From: Armatimonadota bacterium
Lineage (GTDB): Bacteria; Armatimonadota; HRBIN16
Assembly (NCBI GenBank): GCA_942492855.1
Contig: OW818647.1
Location: forward strand, 2,486,264 to 2,550,263
Length of the DNA stretch: 64,000 bases
Reading direction: 5' to 3'
Of the stretch, positions 18,677-27,276 are shown piece by piece. The notes beneath the pieces were generated by a model. It made no database searches. It worked only from the letters and a program-made list of their open reading frames with translations, and was not told the DNA's origin. Position 1 is the first letter of the stretch; each line of letters starts with the position of its first letter. A program made the translations under genes and the position numbers.

Positions 18677-18703
18677 GCCGCCCCCACCGGGGTGGCTTTT
18701 TTT
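18677..18703 (+). terminator. Intrinsic terminator (attenuator) hairpin GCCGCCC-ccaccg-GGGUGGC followed by UUUUUUU, in the leader of the ThrRS-like gene
   Basis: A 7-bp stem (one G-U pair) plus a 7-U tract on the + strand, ending 25 nt before the strong RBS AAGGAGG of the CDS at 18740. An upstream segment CCGGAGGTCGCGGC (18628-18641) can pair with the 5' arm as an alternative antiterminator. Confidence 0.6.
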
Positions 18704-18739
18704 GTCGCTCTGCTGTGGTGGTGGTCTAAGGAGGTCGTA

Positions 18740-20194
18740 ATGAAATCTGACAAGCACCATCCGAGTGAGTTCGACAGGTATGTATTAGCTGACGTCAATG
18801 GGCAGTGCTGGGAGGTCACACCAGACAACTATGCGAGTTGTGACCTGTTCCTGCAACCAGGCAACCATATAGCCATGCTCAAGCAGTTTGTCGGCAACGA
18901 ACTGGGTCACAAAGTTGACACTGGGTTGGTCCCTGCCCACGTCAACACCATGCTTCGTCATCAGTTGGTTGACTACTGCGAAGTTTCCGAGAAGGGTCAC
19001 TATGTATGGTATCCCAACGGTCTGCTGATGCACAGGCTGATCCAGGACTATGCGCTCCGCCTCTCACGGCAATGGGGAGCCTTCGAGGTGAAAAACCCGA
19101 TACTGATTCGTGGTGACAGCAACTCCGTCGGTGAGCTAATGGGTGAGTTTCACGAGAGGGACTACAAAGTAGACGGAGGCCGTGGCGTGTGCTATCTGCG
19201 CTACGCTTCCGATCCGCTGGCTTTCCCACTCATGCATAACATCCGGTTTACATACAAACAGACGCCCCTAAAGGTCTATGAGGAGGCAGGCTGTTTCCGT
19301 AATGAGCAAGAGGGTGAGGTGAGCGGTCTGAAGCGTGTCAGGGGCTTCATGATGAGTGATATGCACGCAGCCTGTGCGACTACAGAACAGGCCAACTTGG
19401 AATTCGAAAAGCTGTGCATGCTGTTTGCTCAGCTCATGGATGATGTCATTGCACCTGGTCGATGGGTCATGGGTTGGGAGGGCACCACGGAATTCTTCGA
19501 TGATCACAAAGAGTGGTTGCTGGGTCTTGTTACACAGATGGGTGTGCCCTCGTTTTTCAAGCTGATGCCACAAATGAGCCACTACTACGCCATCAAGAAC
19601 GAATATCAATGCATTACGGCTGATGGCTCAAATGTGCAGGTGAGCACTGTTCAGTGGGACGTCAAAGATGGAGCACGCTTTGATATTGGATACATTGCCG
19701 ATGATGGCATGAAGCACGCCTGCCCGGTGATTCTGCACGCATCCAGTTTCGGCAGCATCGAACGGGCACTATGCGCCATTCTGGAGACGATTACAGTAGA
19801 TGCATCCCAGGGGGCACCGCCGTCGTTCCCTCTCTGGCTTGCGCCTACTCAGGTGAGGGTGATTCCAGTATCATCGGATTATCTGGAATATGCACAAGCC
19901 GTGGCATCGAGCATGAATGCTGCCGAGATCCGCTGCGATATTGATGATCGGAACGAAACCGTAAGCAAGCGAGTTCGAACTGCAGAAGGTGACTGGGTGC
20001 CGTATATAGCTGTGGTGGGTGCCAGAGAGGCTAGTTCCTCTGTGTTGCATATCCGCGACCGTGTGAAAGGGGAGGCTAGTGACACTGAGATTGGTGAGTT
20101 CATCAACACCCTTGCTGCTGATTTACGGGGTATGCCGTTTCGGCCGCTGGCGTTGCCGGTATTAGTCAGCCAAAGGCCGACTTTCCGAGGCTAG
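18740..20194 (+). CDS. Threonyl-tRNA synthetase-like class II aaRS paralog lacking N-terminal TGS and editing domains
   Basis: RBS AAGGAGG precedes ATG 18740. The motif-2 region LKVYEEAGCFRNEQEGEVSGLKRVRGFMMSDMHAAC aligns with ThrRS [36 protein letters not shown]. The C-terminus (PLWLAPTQVRVIPVS...DIDDRNETVSKRVRTAEGDWVPYIAVVGAREA) is a ThrRS-type anticodon-binding domain. The zinc-ligand Cys of the CPGH motif appears to be replaced (AFPLMH), while the two His ligands are conserved. Confidence 0.7.
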   Translation: MKSDKHHPSEFDRYVLADVNGQCWEVTPDNYASCDLFLQPGNHIAMLKQFVGNELGHKVDTGLVPAHVNTMLRHQLVDYCEVSEKGHYVWYPNGLLMHRLIQDYALRLSRQWGAFEVKNPILIRGDSNSVGELMGEFHERDYKVDGGRGVCYLRYASDPLAFPLMHNIRFTYKQTPLKVYEEAGCFRNEQEGEVSGLKRVRGFMMSDMHAACATTEQANLEFEKLCMLFAQLMDDVIAPGRWVMGWEGTTEFFDDHKEWLLGLVTQMGVPSFFKLMPQMSHYYAIKNEYQCITADGSNVQVSTVQWDVKDGARFDIGYIADDGMKHACPVILHASSFGSIERALCAILETITVDASQGAPPSFPLWLAPTQVRVIPVSSDYLEYAQAVASSMNAAEIRCDIDDRNETVSKRVRTAEGDWVPYIAVVGAREASSSVLHIRDRVKGEASDTEIGEFINTLAADLRGMPFRPLALPVLVSQRPTFRG

Positions 20195-20287
20195 CAGAAC
20201 TCACGCAACCAGCAAAACGAGGACGGACCGGACGAATCAGACATCATCTGTCCAGTTCGTCCGATCCGTCCGAGTATTGTGTGCGGC

Positions 20288-21346
20288 TTACGGGAAGATC
20301 GCGGGCATCATCAGCCCGGCGGTCTCAGGCAGACCAGCCATGATGTTGAAGTTCTGCACGGCCTGGCCCGCGGCACCCTTCACCAGATTGTCTATCACGC
20401 TGCTGACAATCAACCGGTTGGTGCGCGGGTCGACCGTCAGCGCGATATGGCACATGTTGGTGCCGCTGACATTCTTGGTGACAGGGAACTGCCCTGGCTT
20501 TTTCACGCTGACAAACACCTTGCCTTCGTAGAACTGCTGATACATCGCAGTGGCTTCCTCCGGCGACACCTCTTGGGTGAGTGTGGCGAAGCAGTTGGCC
20601 AGGATACCGCGCGTCATGGGTGCCAAGTTGGGGCAGAAGCAGAGCGGGTTCCGCTGGCCGCTGAAGCCCGACAGCGTCTGCTCAATCTCGGGTGTGTGCC
20701 GATGGCCGGGGGCGCCATACGCCTTCATGCCTTCGTTCAGCTCCGCGTAGTGATACGCCAGGCTGAACTTACTTCGACCGGCTCCAGAGACGCCCGACTT
20801 GGCATCGATCACGATGCTGGCGGGGTCAATCAGGCCCAGTTTCAGTGCCGGAGCCAGTGCCAGAGCGCACGCCGTGGGATAACAGCCGGGGTTGCTGATC
20901 AGCCCCGCCGAGGCGATCGCCTGGTGGTCGGTCAGCTCTGGCAGACCGTAGACCGCCTCCGCCAGCAGATCGGTGGCGCAGTGAGCAATGCGGTACCACT
21001 GCTCGTATTCTTCAACGTCCCGGATGCGGAAGTCGGCGGAGAGGTCGATCAGTTTCACGCCAGCCTTGAGCAACGGCGAAGCAATCTTCATCGCCAGACC
21101 GTTCTCGGTGGCCAGGAACAGGTATTTCGCCTTCTCCGCCGCCGTCTCCGTGTCAAACGCCTCTACCGTTGGCATTTCGATGTTCGCGAAGCCCGGGAAC
21201 ACCTCATCCATGTTCTTGCCTTCGTAGGTGCGGCTGGTGAGGTAGGTGACCTTCGCGTTGGGGTGTGCGGCCAGGATGCGGGTCAGTTCACCACCAGCGT
21301 ATCCGCTGCAGCCAACCACGCCCACGGTAAAGGTGTTGTCACTCAT
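20288..21346 (-). CDS. argC: N-acetyl-gamma-glutamyl-phosphate reductase
   Basis: MSDNTFTVGVVGCSGYAGGELTRILAAHPN at the N-terminus and the active-site region SNPGCYPTA match ArgC. The ATG at 21346 is preceded by GGGAGA. The + strand ORF 20279..21385 is its antisense shadow. Confidence 0.85.
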   Translation of the reverse strand: MSDNTFTVGVVGCSGYAGGELTRILAAHPNAKVTYLTSRTYEGKNMDEVFPGFANIEMPTVEAFDTETAAEKAKYLFLATENGLAMKIASPLLKAGVKLIDLSADFRIRDVEEYEQWYRIAHCATDLLAEAVYGLPELTDHQAIASAGLISNPGCYPTACALALAPALKLGLIDPASIVIDAKSGVSGAGRSKFSLAYHYAELNEGMKAYGAPGHRHTPEIEQTLSGFSGQRNPLCFCPNLAPMTRGILANCFATLTQEVSPEEATAMYQQFYEGKVFVSVKKPGQFPVTKNVSGTNMCHIALTVDPRTNRLIVSSVIDNLVKGAAGQAVQNFNIMAGLPETAGLMMPAIFP

Positions 21347-21480
21347 TGGGTATCTCCCTTTTGTGCTTCTCGGTTTGTGTTCTAGTAGTCTCATTTTACC
21401 GCATCACCCGGCGGGGGTTCGCCTCGGGTTGTACGAGAAGATACAATATACAGGTAAGCCACCCCCCGAAGGAGAGTTTT

Positions 21481-22170
21481 TTGCAGAAATCCCGCAGCTA
21501 CCGCTACCTGGATGTCATCACCACGATCTTCGTGGTTGTGATGATCGTCAGCAACATTTGTGCCATCAAAGCACTGCGTATACCCGGCACCTCAATCGAT
21601 ATTGACGGTGGAACACTGCTCTTCCCACTGAGCTATATCTTCGGTGATGTGCTGGTGGAAGTATATGGATATGCCAAATCACGCCGCGTGATCTGGATGG
21701 GTTTTGGTGCCTGCATTGTGGCGGCGTTAAGCTTCGCCCTGGCGGTCGCGCTACCCAGCGCGCCGGGATGGGAACTTCAAGAGCCCTTCGCTATGATTCT
21801 GGGACAGGCGCCGCGCATCGTCCTGGGAAGTGTGATGGCCTTTTTCGTCGGGGAATTCGTCAACAGCTACATCATGGCCAAAATGAAAGTGCGGATGGGC
21901 GGTAAACGGCTGTGGATGCGCACCATCGGGAGCACGGCGGTCGGCCAGGCTTTTGACTCGATGCTATTCACGGTGCTAGCCTTTGGCGGTCTGTGGCCCT
22001 GGAGCACCATACTGAGCGTGATTATGTGGAACTACGTGGTAAAGGTGGCACTTGAGGTGCTGGCCACACCGCTGACCTACCTGGTGATCAACTACCTGAA
22101 GAACGCGGAGAGCGAAGACCACTACGACCGCTTTACGGACTTCAACCCCTTCCATCTGGCGGAGAACTAA
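21481..22170 (+). CDS. YhhQ/QueT (DUF165) family queuosine-precursor transporter
   Basis: FPLSYIFGDVLVEVYGYAKSRRVIW matches the conserved YhhQ-family motif. About 229 aa and polytopic. TTG start at 21481 preceded by GAAGGAGAG. Confidence 0.65.
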   Translation: MQKSRSYRYLDVITTIFVVVMIVSNICAIKALRIPGTSIDIDGGTLLFPLSYIFGDVLVEVYGYAKSRRVIWMGFGACIVAALSFALAVALPSAPGWELQEPFAMILGQAPRIVLGSVMAFFVGEFVNSYIMAKMKVRMGGKRLWMRTIGSTAVGQAFDSMLFTVLAFGGLWPWSTILSVIMWNYVVKVALEVLATPLTYLVINYLKNAESEDHYDRFTDFNPFHLAEN

Positions 22171-22290
22171 CTAGCAGGGGCTTCAGGGGCGGGGCCATTC
22201 ATGGCCCTATAGTGCCGCGATGCGTTTTTTTGGTTCTGATGGGTTTCGTGGTGTCCCGCTTGAATATAGGTGCATAGTACTCCGGTTGTG

Positions 22291-22365
22291 GGATGACCCT
22301 TGTGGTCATCTGCGCATCGGTTGCGACATGTGCATCGGGTTTTCGGATGACCACAAGGGTCATCC
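22291..22365. repeat. Pair of inverted 21-nt palindromic units GGATGACCCTTGTGGTCATC / GGATGACCACAAGGGTCATCC (REP-like)
   Basis: Each unit is itself a hairpin (GGATGACC-loop-GGTCATCC). Related units GGATGGCCCTTGTGGCCATCC occur at 53284..53304 and 53779..53800. Confidence 0.5.
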
Positions 22366-22434
22366 CTAGTACAGACCGTAACCCGTCTCCTTCGGTTATA
22401 ATCAATACATACAAAACTCTGCGCGAGGTGCCGA

Positions 22435-24555
22435 ATGCCCGACCCTAAAGGATGCCAGTTCACAGTCGACTGCGGCGGTCAGTTGGATGGGGGAATGCTG
22501 TTCCGGCATGTGCCCCAGGCGGTGCAAAGCAACGCCTTCTACGATGAGCCCAACCCGCCAGATAACTATGCAGTGACACGCTTTGAGGGCACCCAGTGTT
22601 ACGGCTTCGGATGGTTCGCCGAGGACAGCTCATCGGCGCGTACAACGCCCTGGGCCACCAACAGGGCTGGGGACATCGTGTATACGCCTACTCCGGCGCA
22701 TAAATCATTTTTTGATACCACTTTACGCTGGGTTCTGACTCCGTTAGTCGTCATGGGAACCCCCTCGATGCCCACACCATTGATGGAGGGCGGGCGGGTC
22801 ACCGCCGAATACGGCTATCCCATCCGACAACCCAACAGCTATCCCAAGTGGCACACCTACCTGAAGAGCATGTTCCAATGGCTGGCTGATACCTATGGTC
22901 GCGATGTGGTGCGCAACTGGACGTTCCTGTTCGGCATTGAGATGGATTGGCAGATTAAGTGCGTGATCCCCGGCACACAGACGCTGATGAGTGAAGCCGA
23001 CAACCGCCGCGAGTGCATCAAGATGATGGACTACTGGATAGACGCCGCAGAGCAGGTGCTGGGCAGTCAGCTCTACATGGGATGCTATTACGCCTTCCCG
23101 GGCCAGGCCGATGACTATGTGAAGCACTGGGCCGAGGGCACCAACTACGCGACGGGCAAAAAGGGCACCAACATCGGCTGGTTTGGCTTCAGCGACTGGA
23201 CGCTGCTCAGCGAGGACTGGATCAACCCCTTCTCGCCGGTTAAGCGTAAAAACCCGCAGGCCTCCATCGGCATGACCTTCGCCGCAGGCATGAAGTGGAA
23301 ATCCGACTATCTCAACGCGCTCACCGCGAAATACCCGCAGCTCTCTGCGCTGGAAATCCACATGCCGGAGTACGGCTATTTCGACTCATACGGGGGAACC
23401 GACAAGAACGGGCAGGTGTGCGCGGCCGAAACGGACTTTGCGGAGCAGCGTGGGGCGGCATTATACAATATGAAGAACATCTGCGCGGGGCAGCAGCCCA
23501 ACGTGGTGCTAGCCTGGAACCGCTACGCGCTAACCACCGGTGACCTTGGGCTGCTTTACTACCACGCTGTGCATCCTCCGGTATTCCATGCAATCCGCAT
23601 CAGCAAGATGCTGGAGGGCAGCCGCGTTCTGCCTGTCAGCCAGGCTGGTCAGGAGCTCAACCCCGAGGCCGATGTGCGCCTGGGGGCGTATGTGCAGCAT
23701 GACAAGGCCACTGTGCTGCGCTGCCTGATGGTGCATCTGCGCGAGGATATCGCCGCCACCGGCGATGAGCCCGTAAGTCTGAAACTCGACCACCTGCCGA
23801 TTGAGAACGGGCAGCTTACGGCCGAGTTGTATTTAATCGACGAAAAGCACAACAACTGGTGGACCGAATGGCTGAAAGACCGCCAACGCTACAATATCCC
23901 CTTTGAACTGGGTCCCAACGGCGGCCATTTGGGTAGAGACATCAAGCTGGCACCTAAATACATGCCGTTGGCCATCGACATCCGCGCGACGGTTGATGGC
24001 GCAGGTTGGGCGGAGTGGACACGGCTCTCCCCAAAATACAAGCTGAAGTCGGCATTCAAGCCCAGCCAGAAAATCACTCTCACTGTAAAGAACGGACAAG
24101 CTAAGTGGGAGGGGGTGCTGCCGGCATTTGGTAGTGCGCTTCTTCAAGTAGTGCTGCCGGTTAAGCCGCTCAAACAGCCAGAAATGGACCTGTCAGCACC
24201 CGGCTGGCGTCAGACCGGTGTGCAGAAGGCTGGTCAGCAGATACTGCTGCACCCCAGTAAAGCGGGCAGTGTGCAGCGTGTGCTGAGCGGCCTGCAACCG
24301 GGCAAGCGGTATAGCGTGTATGCCGACATCAAGCTGGCGCACCGCTTCACCCGACTGGAGTTGAAAGCGGGCACTGGGTCCGGTGTGGCCAAATGCACAG
24401 CCATCCGGCACCCACGACAGCAGCAGCTCATCGTCACCGCCCGCGCCGATTCCAAAGGCCGGTTGCCCGTCAGCCTGAGCTGCCCGTTGCAGAAACTGCG
24501 TCCGCAGGACACCGTGACGGTGTACGGCTTTAAGCTGTATCCACAGATGGGGTAG
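22435..24555 (+). CDS. Hypothetical protein, possibly a TIM-barrel glycoside hydrolase with C-terminal beta-sandwich domain
   Basis: A 706-aa ORF with GH-like aromatic/acidic motifs (NWTFLFGIEMDW). The N-terminal ~30 residues of the ORF call may not be translated. No firm family assignment. Confidence 0.3.
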   Translation: MPDPKGCQFTVDCGGQLDGGMLFRHVPQAVQSNAFYDEPNPPDNYAVTRFEGTQCYGFGWFAEDSSSARTTPWATNRAGDIVYTPTPAHKSFFDTTLRWVLTPLVVMGTPSMPTPLMEGGRVTAEYGYPIRQPNSYPKWHTYLKSMFQWLADTYGRDVVRNWTFLFGIEMDWQIKCVIPGTQTLMSEADNRRECIKMMDYWIDAAEQVLGSQLYMGCYYAFPGQADDYVKHWAEGTNYATGKKGTNIGWFGFSDWTLLSEDWINPFSPVKRKNPQASIGMTFAAGMKWKSDYLNALTAKYPQLSALEIHMPEYGYFDSYGGTDKNGQVCAAETDFAEQRGAALYNMKNICAGQQPNVVLAWNRYALTTGDLGLLYYHAVHPPVFHAIRISKMLEGSRVLPVSQAGQELNPEADVRLGAYVQHDKATVLRCLMVHLREDIAATGDEPVSLKLDHLPIENGQLTAELYLIDEKHNNWWTEWLKDRQRYNIPFELGPNGGHLGRDIKLAPKYMPLAIDIRATVDGAGWAEWTRLSPKYKLKSAFKPSQKITLTVKNGQAKWEGVLPAFGSALLQVVLPVKPLKQPEMDLSAPGWRQTGVQKAGQQILLHPSKAGSVQRVLSGLQPGKRYSVYADIKLAHRFTRLELKAGTGSGVAKCTAIRHPRQQQLIVTARADSKGRLPVSLSCPLQKLRPQDTVTVYGFKLYPQMG

Positions 24556-24681
24556 GTTCGTATGGTCAGTGGCAGGGACACGGGCATGGTGGTGATGGGG
24601 TTGTGGATGCGGGTGATTCGGCGTGCTGTCAGCTAAGTACATTGCCTGTATATCATATAATCTCCGCCGCGCCCTGAAGGA

Positions 24682-24909
24682 CAGTCTATTACCCACAAAT
24701 CCAGATTGGGATCGTATCGACCATGTGCCGCGACATTCATGTCTCGGCTATTGATCAACAAGCCCGCTAAACCGGGCTGCGGAGCTCCTTGCCGACAAAG
24801 ATAACGTTAATGAAGACTGCTTCAGCAGTCTTGGTGTTCAATAGCCGAGACATGAATGTCGCGGAATCGGTGACCTACTGGCCATGCAATATTTGTGGGT
24901 AATAGACTG
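24682..24909. mobile_element. MITE family 1 copy (~228 bp) with outer TIRs CAGTCTATTACCCACAAAT / ATTTGTGGGTAATAGACTG and internal IS-derived inverted repeats
   Basis: The outer 19-bp TIRs are perfect. Internally, CCGCGACATTCATGTCTCGGCTATTGA and its inverse copy flank a central palindrome GACTGCTTCAGCAGTC. These internal sequences are identical to the ends of the IS at 54334..56381. Confidence 0.6.
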
Positions 24910-25081
24910 GGGTGACTAAACCCGCGGCAACGGGGCTGGTAGCCTGCGGAATGAGCGTCCAGTCCAGGTGCGACGGGTGCAGCTATCCGCAAGACCGGCG
25001 CGGTCCACAGCCTTCTGCAAGCGTGAGCGTCTCGCCAGACCGCCCCGGACAGTGCCATTCGGGCTGCTACGGCAGTGAGCA

Positions 25082-26860
25082 CTAATCCGGTAGTGGCAAC
25101 CCCATGGCCTGAAGCCATGCGCGCTGTTTCGCCACCCGCTCCTCACCGCCGACCGGTAGGCGCAACGGACGGCCGCGGCCATCAATCAACAGGCCGACCA
25201 CGCCGCCTTCAACCTCGGTGGTGAGTGGTTTCCCCTTGCCTGCACCCACATCGTAACCTCTGGCGGGTTGGATGGTCACGCTGCGTTTGACACCCTCCGC
25301 CAGCGGGATCAGCTTCAGCTCACCGGAGGAAACAGCGTAGCTCTGCCCATCCATCTGCAGGGTGACCACGGCGTCGCCCTCCTTGCCCGTGCCCACAGGC
25401 GAGATGCAGCTTCCCAGCTTCACCAGACAGTCGCGGTGGAACACCTCGGTGGCGGCTTCTGGTGCCACTGTGGCCAGCACGCCCAACTGCGGCATCATAA
25501 AGATGCTGTCTACGGCCAGCATGGTCACGCCTTCTGGCTGGAAGGCATCCACCATCATCAGTGCTGCCTGAGCACGCAGGGGCGCGTGGCTGAGCACACC
25601 ACCTGAGCCAATGATCATATCCAGCTCCATCAGGTTCACCAGCGTCGCCCCGGTGTTGCTCTGGCTCATCGCATCGCCGATCGTGCGCTGCTGCTGCACG
25701 CCCTTCAGACCGCGTGCCAGCGATTTATGGTGGTCAAACGCCAGACGCAGTGCCTCACGGCAGACGGACTGCTCAACATACAGATCTTCCAGCGTATGAG
25801 GGATCGTGGTGGGCCGCACCATTTTGTTACGCATCCGGTTGCGCAGAACTATTTCGTCCATATTGAAGGGGTTCCAGCGCATGATATTGGGCAGACCCGC
25901 CTCCACCATCACGTTGCAGATGCTGTAACTCATCCCCAGGTTGGCCGAGACGGTCCGGTTGTAGTGACCCGCAAACACGCTGAATACGTCCGTCGTAGCC
26001 CCGCCTATGTCCACCCCAAGGATGTTGATGTTCTCCTGCTGTGCGATGGTCTGCATGATGGCTCCCACCGCGTTGGGCGTGGACATGATGTCGGCACTAG
26101 TCCAGCCCATCAGCTTGCCGTAACCCGGCGCTTGCCGCATCACGTGCTCTAGGAACAGCTCATGGATCGCTTCTCGGGCCGGACCCAGGTTCTCTTCGTC
26201 CAGAGTGGGGCGCAGATTGTCTACGAAGCGCAGGTCGACCCTGTTCTCCAGCAACTGCCCGACGGGCTCGCGCGCCTCCTTGTTGCCGGCGTAGATGACC
26301 GGCAGGTCCATACCCCCCAGCCGGGGTTTTGGATCGGCGGAAAGCAGGATTTCGGCCATCTCTACCAGGTGGTTCACCGTGCCGCCATCGGTACCGCCGG
26401 ACATCAGTATCATGTCCGGCCGTAACTGCCGGATGCGCTGCACCTTTTGGTATTCCTTACGGCCATCATCTACGGCGATCACGTCCATGATGATCGCACC
26501 AGCACCCAAAGCCGCCCGTTGGGCTGACTCAGCCGACATCTGCTTCACCACACCGCTGACCGTCATCTGCAACCCTCCGCCCGCCGATGAGGTGCTGAGG
26601 TAGGCATCGACACCCTCTCCCTGGTCGTTCTGAGGCGTGATGATGGTGTCATCTTTGATGAACCGTCGACCAGTCAGCTCCTCCACCTCGCGCACCGCGT
26701 TAAGCACGCCAATGGTTACGTCATCAAACGGAGCCTCAACCGTGGTGGGGGCTTCGCCACGCGCCACCAGGCGGTATTCATTGCCGCTCAACTCAATCAA
26801 TATGCACTTTGTGGTCGTGCTTCCGCAGTCTGTGGCCAGGATGGATCGCAGTTGGCTCAT
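25082..26860 (-). CDS. ASKHA-superfamily ATPase-like protein (GlmL/MutL/EutA-like)
   Basis: The N-terminal ILATDCGSTTTKCILIE is an actin-fold phosphate-1 motif (DxGxT). ~593 aa from the ATG at 26860. No B12 enzyme nearby; family assignment tentative. Confidence 0.4.
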   Translation of the reverse strand: MSQLRSILATDCGSTTTKCILIELSGNEYRLVARGEAPTTVEAPFDDVTIGVLNAVREVEELTGRRFIKDDTIITPQNDQGEGVDAYLSTSSAGGGLQMTVSGVVKQMSAESAQRAALGAGAIIMDVIAVDDGRKEYQKVQRIRQLRPDMILMSGGTDGGTVNHLVEMAEILLSADPKPRLGGMDLPVIYAGNKEAREPVGQLLENRVDLRFVDNLRPTLDEENLGPAREAIHELFLEHVMRQAPGYGKLMGWTSADIMSTPNAVGAIMQTIAQQENINILGVDIGGATTDVFSVFAGHYNRTVSANLGMSYSICNVMVEAGLPNIMRWNPFNMDEIVLRNRMRNKMVRPTTIPHTLEDLYVEQSVCREALRLAFDHHKSLARGLKGVQQQRTIGDAMSQSNTGATLVNLMELDMIIGSGGVLSHAPLRAQAALMMVDAFQPEGVTMLAVDSIFMMPQLGVLATVAPEAATEVFHRDCLVKLGSCISPVGTGKEGDAVVTLQMDGQSYAVSSGELKLIPLAEGVKRSVTIQPARGYDVGAGKGKPLTTEVEGGVVGLLIDGRGRPLRLPVGGEERVAKQRAWLQAMGLPLPD

Positions 26861-26981
26861 GTTGAAGTTCCCCAGTTGATTGTAGTGATAGGTGCATGGA
26901 TTACTATATTCGGTAATAGCCATCAGTTATTGCTGCCATGTATATGTCAGCATCTGTATACCGACAGAAGGCATCCCTACG

Positions 26982-27208
26982 GGCACCCACGAAGTGGGTA
27001 TGATTCTTATAGCCAGGGGTGAGCGAAGCGATACCCCTGGAACGCGGCACATCTATCCTACCCCGAAGTGGGTCGCGCCTATTCGTAGCAGCCGCTATAT
27101 CAGTCACCAAATCCGACCCCCTTCGGGGGTAAATGCTTTTTGTCGCCTGCCACGGGTTGCGCTGGCGCTTACCCGTGGCTATAAGAATCTTACCCCATTC
27201 GGGGTGCC
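26982..27208. mobile_element. MITE family 2 copy (~227 bp), TIRs GGCACCCACGAAGTGGGTA / TACCCCATTCGGGGTGCC
   Basis: The terminal inverted repeats are seen directly. Subterminal TTCTTATAGCCAGGGGTGAGCG and its inverse CGCTTACCCGTGGCTATAAGAA are also present. A second full copy lies at 40766..40992 and a partial copy at 53891..53984. Confidence 0.55.
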
Positions 27209-27276
27209 GGACGCCTATAAGCTATGACAGATCGTTGACTATAGCACGGTCATCGATCATGGCTACTTGGCTAATG

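Noticed and set aside
18442-18739. T-box riboswitch upstream of the ThrRS-like gene
   Set aside because: The leader length and terminator fit a T-box, but the conserved T-box sequence (AGGGUGGNACCGCG overlapping the terminator 5' arm) is absent. A leader peptide with six consecutive Thr codons explains the hairpins better.
20279-21385. 368-aa + strand ORF
   Set aside because: An antisense shadow of argC in high-GC DNA. The argC frame has clear homology, and the shadow ORF does not.
22170-22434. Possible small ORF/ncRNA between the YhhQ-like gene and the 706-aa gene
   Set aside because: The only structure seen is the pair of inverted palindromic REP-like units. The ORF 22199..22414 (minus strand) has no support.
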